Source: Eledone cirrhosa
Lineage: Eukaryota
Reading direction: 5' to 3'
DNA: 64,000 nt
Assembly (NCBI GenBank): GCA_964016885.1
Contig: OZ024742.1
Coordinates: 305,970,001-306,034,000 of the forward strand
Below, in pieces: positions 53,718 through 64,000 of this stretch. The notes beneath the pieces were generated by a model. That model searched no databases and was not told the DNA's origin. It was given only the letters and a program-made list of their open reading frames with translations. Position 1 is the first letter of the stretch; every line of letters begins with the position of its first letter. A program made the translations under genes and the position numbers.

Positions 53718-54084
53718 CACACATACATATATATATGTGCCTTCCAATTTTATTTTAAATTAAATACATGTCTATATTTTGGTGTAAATTTGACCATATC
53801 TTGAATCGATCAGTATATATTAGGGGCTAAACACCTATATCAATATTACCTATATATTTACTATTTGAAGCTCACCGTGTATATATATATATATATACAC
53901 AGTTCAAGAGTAACCAATCTTGAAGAGAGAGATGGAGATAGTAGAGGAGATATGAAAGGAGAGATTGGTGAGTTAGTTAGAAGCCAAAGCGTAAAGGCAT
54001 GTGCTCAATGTGCAATATGCAGTAGAAAGCAGCTAGGTGGCTGGGTTCTTGCAGAAGTTAGGTGCGCAGAGCTGGAAATATTCA

Positions 54085-55950
54085 TTAGTTAAGCAAAACA
54101 AGACCACAAACTTCACAAGGAAGACATTATTAAAATATTGTCAGCATATTTTAGTTTGATGTAAGGAATGTAGAGAATAATAATAATAATATTAATAATA
54201 ATAATAATGTCCGTTTACAATTGTTTCGCTACTCCATATAATATTTCTGGATCAGATGACTATATATCAGAATTGATCTGGTTCAGTTGAAAATAATTAA
54301 CATATTTAAAAAAACAGAGTGGCTCATCGGAATCATTTATGATATATAGTCATCTGATCCAGAAATATTATATGGAGTAGCGAAACAATTGTAAACGGAC
54401 ATTATTATTATTATTAATTTCTTTTATTTGCCACTAGGGCATCAAAAGTGGGACAAGTACAAAGGGGGGAGTTTACACAAAAAGGCGTCCTCAATAAGGA
54501 GGAGGCAATAACAAAATATAAAAATAAAATAAGATATAACAAAAAATAAAATTTTTAACAAAATCCTCAATAGAGAGGAGGCGCCTTGGGGGGGGGGTCG
54601 CACACACCCCCGAAAAAAGTGTGCAACCCTTCTCCTCAGGAGCACAGAGAAGGGGTGCTCCCTTGGTCTTTCATCTTCCTCACCTATAGTCTGATGTAGA
54701 GTGAAGGCCCATTCACACGGGCCATTCTCGCCACTTTCACCCATCTTTCATAGAAACGGCTGGGGTGCAGCACCTCTCTCTCCATCCTGATCCTTCTTCC
54801 GAAATGATATCGGAAGAAACGGACCAGTTGTTGGCCAGAGAGAAAGGTGCCTGACCTCAGTCCTTTCAACGCGTCCACCATGCAACCTCTTTCGCCATGG
54901 CTATTACGCACAGAAACACCGCCTCTGCTTCATCTTTGAAGGGGGGAGGCGGCTTGATCATTACAATAGACTCGGTGGTCAACCGGATCGGTCCCACCCT
55001 TGACAGCAGTTGTTCGACATAGCCCCACAGATCGGCTACGCCCCAGCAGTGTACCAATGCGTGTGCAACGGTTTCCTCGTCGCACACGCATCTGGGACAG
55101 ATCTTTTTGGCGGGGTCCCTACCCGGACGCCCGTGTCTGTAGAGCCTTTCTCGAACGGGTAAAGCCCCTCGGTAGCACTGCCAGGCCAGGGACTTCTGGA
55201 AGTTGTCCATAGGTCCCGGGCTGAATGTCCTACCGAACAGGCTGGCCAGTTCGTCCTCCTCCATGTCTAGGGCTTCTCCGAGGGCGTCGTCGCACCTGCT
55301 GCGTACCAGCCCTCTATAGAATGTTGCGGTGGAGTCTCCACTGATAACCGGATCCGCCTGCCAGAGGGCGGTGAGCGCCTGGGCACAATCAGTGTGCCAG
55401 GCGCCCAGTTTTCTCGGTCTTTGCTTGACCCAGGATTGCAGCTCGGTGAGTGAGACGAGTCTGGGAAAGGTTCGTCTCACAAACGAGGCCCACACCGGTT
55501 GTCCGGTGAGGGATACGTAGAGGTGCCGTAGCCTTAATGCGTGTTTACGCATCATTAGCCACGGCATCCCCAGCCCTCCTTTCGAAGGGTGTTGACAGCA
55601 GATGGATCTCCTCACCATAGGAGCCCGCCTCTTCCAAAGGAATTGGAAGAGCGCGCGCTCCATCTTGGTGAGGGTTTCCCTTGGGCAGGGCACTACGGTC
55701 ATGCGGTAGTAGATGACGGACGCTATGTAGGTGTTCGCCACCTCCGCCCGACCTTTCAGGGATAGTTTGCAACTGGCCCACTTCTGGGTCAGTGCAAACA
55801 CCCTGTTCGTAACCTCCGCCCAGTTTTTCTCCACCTGGAGATCCGGTCCGATTATTATTCTCTACATTCCTTACATCAAACTAAAATATGTTGACAATCT
55901 TTTAATAATGTCTTCCTTGTGAAGTTTGTGGTCTTGTTTTGCTTAACTAA
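54085..55950. repeat. About 185-bp-arm inverted repeat whose right arm is split by a Tx1 insertion
   Basis: 54191-54269 pairs with 54340-54418. 54085-54184 pairs with 55851-55950. Confidence 0.9.
54419..55850 (-). mobile_element. Tx1/L1-clade element, copy 8 (divergent subfamily D; 5'-truncated)
   Basis: ORF 54866-55834 (KLSLKGRAEVAN, MDNFQKSLAWQCY, CPRC). 3'UTR ends CCCTAGTGGCAAATAAA. Confidence 0.9.
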
Positions 55951-56183
55951 AGTATATATATATATATATATAAATCAGTAAAGAAGATTGACATGGTTTG
56001 CTATACAAAAAAGGTTTTTAATCTCATTGTTTACAACATAGGAATTACAGCATACTCGCAACATCACTATGAAAACGCCTTGTTGAGTCAAACCAAGCCA
56101 AGCGTTGATATCATCCACTACCCGGAATACCATAACTGGACTACACCTAAGTGGACTGCATATAACTATTATTTGTTACCCCG

Positions 56184-56254
<71 letters not shown>

Positions 56255-59039
56255 ATATAAGATGAGCTCCCAACAGTTTACCCACGAACAATTTTGATTA
56301 TCTGATCTTGAACTAAATCAACAATAAAAGTGTGTTTGCCTTAAGTACCGTGTAGTGGGTTTAAACAAAAGTTTGTGGTTGCAAAAAGAAATTATTAACG
56401 ACGATGTTGTTCTATGCTTCTGTCTATATATTGAAAATTGTCGTAGATGATAACTCCAATATATTCTGTTCACCTCTAAAACTGCAAGGAGGAAGATGCG
56501 AAATATGATGGAGCTCGAATCTAAACATAAATTTGACCAGTATCCTTCATTGTGTTGATATTACAGAATGACACGTGTTATCTGTCAACTATCAGTGAAT
56601 AAGCGAAGTGTTGTCTGATATTGACTGACAAGCACATATATCAGCACACCACAATAACCCAACTAATACTAGCACCAACCAGTATCACCCCTACCAACAT
56701 CATCCTCACAAACTCCATCACCACCAACACTCACAGCATCAACGCCATCACCACCACCACCACTGCCGTCGACGCCACAACCACCAAAACCACTGCCACG
56801 TTCACCCCTCCACCAGCACTGCCACCACCACCACCACCACCACCACCACCAATGATAACTAACCAAGCCAGTAACTAAACATCAAATCAATGGCTTGGCA
56901 GATATCACAGAAAATATCTCCACCAAGACTACTTTGCATTTATCGATCTTGCTATCCCAAGATATTTTCAAAGATTGTGTCTGCCAGAACGTTAGACTTT
57001 GACATCAGCTATAATGAGGTATCTGCCAAATCTTGTCTAACATTACTCTTTAGAAAGGGAACAGAAAAATATGGAAGGAATATTCTCACATAAATCTCAG
57101 GAATATTCTCATACTCTATAACTATATAATTCACTCTTTACTAGCAACAACATAATTTCCTATGCAGCGATAGGTCATCAAACTGGAATTCAGATTGAAT
57201 AGTTGACGGTATGTAACTCCCCCTTACTACTACGATATACACATGGGCACAACTGATTTAACTCTTAATGGCTAATTTCTCTTAGCAGCTTGGATAGCTT
57301 CTCTAAGTATATGAAAGTCCAGAACGCTATATATAATGCATGAGTATTTCGTTAGCTTACATAGCTGAGTTCAATTTCTGTTTTTTGGTCTCATATATGC
57401 CTCGCCAATTATTGCATCAAATTCTTACAAAATATCCAGAAGTTTATTCCATCACTTGCTCAATTTTCATTCGATTCCTTATAGATTGAAAATCGGTTAA
57501 AAGGAATATAACAATGCTTTCTATTTTACTAGGCTTATGATTCTATATTCCACGGAAGGAGAATGTTTTATTGTATGTATTTCTCAAGGTTATTCAGGGT
57601 ATAAATTTAGTTAAATAATTTCCCAAGTTCGATTGAAACTGTGTTCATTTTATTCGATTTCACAAAAAACAAAATTTCTTTATTGTTAGGAGACTTAACC
57701 ATCTAGGATGATTTTTTTTATCCACCAGTGATTTCCATTAAATAAATATCTGGATACTTTAGATTCAGAAGCATTTAAAATATGGGATCAATAGCACTTT
57801 ACTCACCAAATAAAAATCATTTTTTAGATAACTTCTAACTACGTATGTTAATATAATATATTCATATGTGCAATAGTTCTATATTTCTTCTACCGACCTA
57901 CAGGAGTTTTGGAACTCAACATAACAATTTAACCAATAATTATGAAATGATAGTAACCTTACAGCATTAAGTGCAACCTATCTTAACTGCCTTACAAATA
58001 GGTACACTGTGGTAGCAGAAATGCCATGTGTAGACATCTCCTCCAAAATAAAATTGTTTCACCATATAAATGTAGTCAGTAACTTATCCTACGAAATACG
58101 ACAGAGTTACGTTCCATTTTCCCTACTTGTTCTGTCAATTAGGATTTTTACGACTGTAGATGGACATTAAAATAGTTACGTCAATCACTCTTTGTTGACA
58201 CTTCGTGTGGAATAAAGATTTCCCTTTAATATTATATATTTAGATCAAGTGTGCTAATAACAGACATATAATGTGTCTGATCCAACTAGGGAGTTTTTAT
58301 GTGGCGGATTAATTTGATAGAAATAACAGCCAATCTTCCTACAATCCTAAATAAAGAGGAGAATAGATTTTTGATGTAGTTGAAACTATATCTATATAAA
58401 AAAAAATGTTAATGTAACTGTTACAAAGGAATTTGATCATATGTCTGTTAACTCAGTGTTGACCCCGGGTTAAACAATAATACAAGCATAAAGGGAAATC
58501 TATAACAGGTCGATCTGAGAGCTACTCAATATAACTATATGGGTAGAGCAGTTCTTAATTCCAATCAACACAATAATTAGGTTAACAATAAGAAAAACAA
58601 AAGAGAAGGAACACTTTGCATGCGAAATATGAATCGCTCAATAAAAACAAACTCGTATTTTAGTTTTCTATGACAAGCATAGAGGGCCGTATAAAACGTT
58701 GAGAAATAAACACAAGATTGTAGATACATGAGCACACTTTAGTCTTTGACACGCCATTGCATGTACAAATAGACATTTTTGTGGTTGGTGTACACTAGCC
58801 TGTGTGTTTGAATGTGTGTGCTTTTGTGTGTATGTTTGTGTATATATGTGCTTATGTATGTGTGTGCATTTGTGTGTAGGTACATTTGTGTGTAGGTAGA
58901 TTTGTGTGTGTACATTTAGAAGGGTGCATTTGGGTGCTGGTAAATGTAATCATGTGTGGCGATGTTTAAAAATAGTAAGAGGTGTATAGTTGAACACACA
59001 TATAAATCTATATTCACCTTGAATATATGGATTTATATA

Positions 59040-59445
<406 letters not shown>

Positions 59446-59704
59446 TACATAAACGAAGAAAGCTAATAGCGATACTCTAATAGCGATACTAATAGCGATA
59501 CTCCGGCCAAATTCCAACTCACTCAACAAACATTATGAAATATCTGAGTATATTCCTAATTAAACGTTCAGGTTTATTGTATTGTGTGGAGAATTGGCTG
59601 TATCATTTCATATGAGATATATCAAATATATCGCTTCCCAGACGACTCGTTTATAAATATATATATAGGAAAAAGTATGACCCGACGGCAGAGCTCAAGC
59701 CGTT

Positions 59705-59748
59705 TCGACGGCTATTTCTGGACTACTAAGTCCAGAAATAGCCGTCGA
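59705..59748. other. Perfect 20-bp-stem hairpin
   Basis: tcgacggctatttctggact-acta-agtccagaaatagccgtcga. Confidence 0.85.
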
Positions 59749-59837
59749 TACATTTTCCAATTTCCCACTCTACTTCCGTAAGTATTGAGTACTCTGGTGC
59801 GTTAGGGTCCATCTGGTTCCTTACCACAATTCCTTTG

Positions 59838-59909
<72 letters not shown>

Positions 59910-61999
59910 ATATATATATATATAAATACATACATATATGCATACATGCATACATGCACAAAGAACTGTCCTGAACTCGCAAATAACCACATTCACTGCA
60001 GCACACACACTTCAACACACAGATAGGCATGTGCTATTCTGCGCACATACTGGTGGGTAGTATACTTGGACAGGAATGGATTTAAGTACTCTCTTATGTT
60101 ATGTGCAGTGCAGTACTAGCATATACGGTACATTTGTCATGCCTGCTTGAGTGCATCTGATTGCTCGCAGAGAATGTCAATGGCTGGCTTGTTGACTGAC
60201 AACCCCATTGATGTTACCAGTTGTCTGTGATTTTCTTTTCATTTTCTTATTATTTCTCTTGTATAATTCTTCAGTTATTTTGACAGCTTGTTTTGCCATC
60301 GTCGTCGACGTCAGCAACGTTTGTTGTCATTGACATTGTGTTGGTTATTACTATCGTTCTTGTATTTTTTTTTACTAGTGTTGTTTCTTTTATTCTCTTC
60401 TCGTTGTTGTTTATGTTGCATTTGTTATTATTACAGGTCGCTCTTTGTGGCATTGATGATATTAAATTTGTTGTCGCTAGTTTTTTTTTGTTTCTTTTTT
60501 CTTATTGTAATTCGTGTTTGTCTTGTTTTGCAAATGGTCGCCGTTATTAGTATGATGGCCCCTGTTGTTAGTTAGTACTTTTTACTTTGTTCTTAATGTT
60601 CGTGTTGCTAGGAGGGTTTTTTTTATGTCGTTGTATCTGTTACTGATGTTATATATTATTATTGTTGATGCTGTTGTTGTTGCTACTTTTATATTTATGG
60701 TAACATTGTTTATTGGTTGGTTCTCGGTTTGTCGATAGATGACTGAAGGCTGTGTTGCTAGGTAAGGGGATATTATTTTTATCTGTACCATTGTTGTGGC
60801 ACCGATTTCAGTACATCATACAATTGTTGTTATTATTACTACTTGTACCTGGTTTATTGTCTTCTGGTTTTATTGGTAACACACATGAAATTCACATTAG
60901 TCCGTCTTTGTCGAGTTTATTCCACAATGTTTATACTTATTGTAACTTCAACCACTCAAAATTATAATTTTCAGAGAAGAGCAACTCAACCGGTGATGGG
61001 AAATCCTTGTTTTTTTCACGACAGAACGTTCATCTTATATAGTGTTATTTATCATTAGAAAATAGGCATTTTAAATTACATTTATATGAAGAAGGCATTG
61101 TCTAATACAGGAGTTAGTAACTTAATTGTCCATATACCCCAATTAAAAGATAACGGGACAAATTATTCGGCTCATTTTCTAACCATATTATTGCCGAAGC
61201 GGAAGAAGAAGAGAGTTCCTTCCAACAACACCATCGCCCTCACTAGTAGCAAACCCCCGCGGCACTTCATAATGAGTTTGCAGTATTGTAGATACAATTA
61301 CTTCTGTGACTGCACCTAGCTGAGCAAGTAAGTGCGTAAGTAAATGAAGCAGAACAAAAGCAACACTACCATCGTTACCAAATACAATATCAATAACAAA
61401 AGCAGCAATACCTAAGTTAACATGCTCTTGTGTGTGTATGTTGGATTTCCTTCAGTTCTGATGACGATGTCTCCAGTTGTTATATTTTTTATGGTTTGTC
61501 GCTTCTTTGTACAGGGGCAATTTATTCTATTTTGATTTTTATTGTTGGTGGTCACTCTAAATTATTACGTTTAGATATGAGAACTGTTTCTTATTACACG
61601 CTTGGTACATCATGGGTCCTGCATTTTATTGAATCTGTAAGTGTTGCTTTATGATTCAATGTCGGAAATGTTTAATATTTTGTGTGTAATTCCACAAGCA
61701 TTGAAACGATTGTTTAAATATCAGCACATAGAGAAATGAATGTATGGCTACCAGTGGGTGTTGCTAGACTAAACGACTAAGTAACTTCTTCAGCATAGAA
61801 CTCTACTATAATGCGTTTTCCGGCTATTTGCAACCATGTGCTGGAAATATAATATCTGCAGAAATTACAGGGAATGAACATGTGCAGTTGTTTCTTAGAT
61901 GCATCCGTCCGGAATTTGAAACGTGTCCAGGTGCATAAAGTTGTTTACAAATTTTGAATTGCAACCGTTAGCACGTTAACACTTGTATGTATGGAAAGA

Positions 62000-62250
62000 T
62001 AGTGGGGTCTGGTAGTTATAGCGTTGGATTTACGATCATAATGTCATGGGTTCAATTCCTGGTCCGTGTGGTTCCGTTGTGTTCTTTCGCAAAACAGTTC
62101 ATATCCCGTTACTCCAGTATACTCATTTGAATCTGAGTGCAATCAGGAGCTGAGAGTTTAACTTCTGATAGAATGGGGTCCTGTCCTGAGATGTCTTTTA
62201 CTAACAGTTGCTTACATTGATGAAACCCGAATAACAACCGGTAAGTTGAA
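62000..62250 (+). mobile_element. Old tRNA-derived SINE
   Basis: A-box-like region, B-box ggttcaattcc, then gttctttcgcaaaacagttca similar to about 29440 on -. Confidence 0.5.
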
Positions 62251-62585
62251 CCTCAAGGCTTCGGACAGACTTTAACCATTTTTATCTTTTAGTAGATAGA
62301 GTAGGCGATGAAATCTTGGGGATGCTCTACAGATGTTCTGGGTGTCATTAAATAATGAACACAGCACCCCTTTCCTCTGGGAAACGTTGAATTGGGGATT
62401 ACGGAAACAAGTTTTTCACGTAGCAGTGCCAGCGGGAGGGGGAGTATTACTACCTGAAGACAAAATCTACAACAAGCACGGCTTCCCGCTCTTGCGGGCC
62501 TCTCCGAGTTTTGCTTATACAGATAATCTTGTTAAACAGATATCAGCACGTTTAAGGATGATTCGTGATGATTAGCACCTCTAGT

Positions 62586-62811
62586 CTGATGAAGCTGGTA
62601 ATGTTGATGATTATGATGATGAAGAAGACGACGATGAATATGATGATGATTAGGGTGATGATGACGATGATGATGACGATGATGATGATGATGCAGATGA
62701 TGATTATGATGATGATGGTGAGAAGAAGAAGAAGAAGAAGAAGAAGAAGAAGAAGAAGAAGAAGAAGAAGAAGAAGAAGAAGAAGAAGAAGAAGAAGAAG
62801 AAGAAGAAGAG
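62586..62811. repeat. (GAT)n followed by (AGA)n microsatellite
   Basis: Directly visible. Confidence 0.95.
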
Positions 62812-64000
62812 AATGTCTCGAGAAACCTTGTCATGAATGCCGTCTTGTTAATATTTTTGTTATTTCATTCGATAATGTTTGTGTTTTTGTCTATATGTGA
62901 TAGATATTTCTCTTTATAATTCTGCTGCAGTTGTCGTCTATTGTTGCTATTTTTATTGTTTCTATTGTTGTTGATGTTTGTTGTTATTTTTGTAGATTCA
63001 GAAAATTATTTTATGATGATGCTCATCGAGGCTGCATATTATTGATATAGGAATACAGTCATCTTGCTCGTGTAGTAGTTGTAGTTGTTGTTGTTGTTGT
63101 TGTTGTACCGTTTTAGCAAATGGGATTATTATTGTTGTTATTGTTACAAAAATAAGGTATTTTTCAAATGAAGAGATTGAAAAAAATACACGCAAATTTA
63201 AATCAAAAGATATTATTTCAAATGTCAAAACCACTTTAAGTTTCAGACTTTTGTTTAGAAACGCAGGAGAAAGGGAAAGATGGGGAGGCAGAGTGAAAAG
63301 GGGAGGAAGAAGTGGGAGTAGAAAAAGAAAGAGATGAAATAGATGAAGGGGAGGAAAGAGATGCAATGGAATGAGGGTGAGTAACGTGAGTTAGAGGGTT
63401 AAAGAGAGGTAAATTGAGAGAAAGACGGCGAAATCGGGTAAAATAATAGGAAAGTGGGATAAAGAAGCGGATGATGAGGAAAGAGTTGTCAAAAATGAAA
63501 TTCGGCTAAAGAGGCTTAAGAGGTAGAAATATGTTGAGAGAAAGGCGAAAGACGGTGACAGTGTGCCAGAGAGGGAAAAAGTGACATATAGTGAAAAGAG
63601 GGAGAAGTGGAAAGGTGGACTGGGGGAAAGATGAGCAAAAGTTTTGTAAGGTGGGATAAATATGTCGAATGGCACCGAATAATGACGAAAGTAGGCGAAG
63701 GAAGGCGAAAAGACGGAGAAAGAGAGCATGGAGAGGAAAAAGAGGTTAGGGGAGGAAAATGAAGGCAAAAAGAGGAGCAATGATGAATGTGTTTGAAGCA
63801 TGAAATAGGGAACTTTAAAAAAAGTAAAATACTGCGAAGAAAACCGAAAGAATAATAAGATGAAACTGAGAAAAATGGGGCAGAGGGATAAAAGGGGAAA
63901 GATGCTGGGAATAAGGGACATGGGTGACGAGAAGGGGAAGGAAAGTGAGCTAAATTAGGATAAAAATAAGGAAATTTAGATAAAATGGACGAAGATGATA

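Noticed and set aside
59462-59502. ctaatagcgata(ct) x3
   Set aside because: Short slippage duplication with no spacers. Not CRISPR-like.
62290-62575. GC-richer unique segment, possible host exon
   Set aside because: No recognisable protein motif or convincing splice-site pair.

Overview
This is AT-rich, microsatellite-dense animal DNA. The repeat landscape suggests a cephalopod such as Octopus (inference). No host gene is supportable. Bases 1-26.5 kb and 35-48 kb are a nearly continuous array of non-LTR retrotransposons, almost all joined through short (TTA)n tracts. Seven Tx1/L1-clade copies (ORF1 with CCHC knuckle; ORF2 APE-RT-Zn finger) lie on +, and an eighth lies on - at 54.4-55.9 kb. 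At least five copies of two R4/Dong-like families (RT + CCHC + restriction-like endonuclease) all lie on -. Four tRNA-type SINEs have a 3' end resembling the Tx1 3' end. All LINE copies are disrupted. The rest holds a Penelope-like fragment (GIY-YIG, inverted pseudo-LTRs, hammerhead motif), two more minimal hammerhead motifs showing covariation, an RTE remnant, old SINEs, fold-back structures and simple repeats. The main signals are: (i) a strand-polarised (TTA/TAA)n-targeting community of Tx1, R4 and SINE elements; (ii) a GTAAGT donor-like motif fixed 38-40 nt before ORF2 in three reading frames; (iii) a nested-pseudoknot RNA candidate at the R4 5' end; (iv) a palindrome preserving an empty-site copy of a Tx1 insertion. 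All alignments and folds were done by eye and boundaries are approximate.
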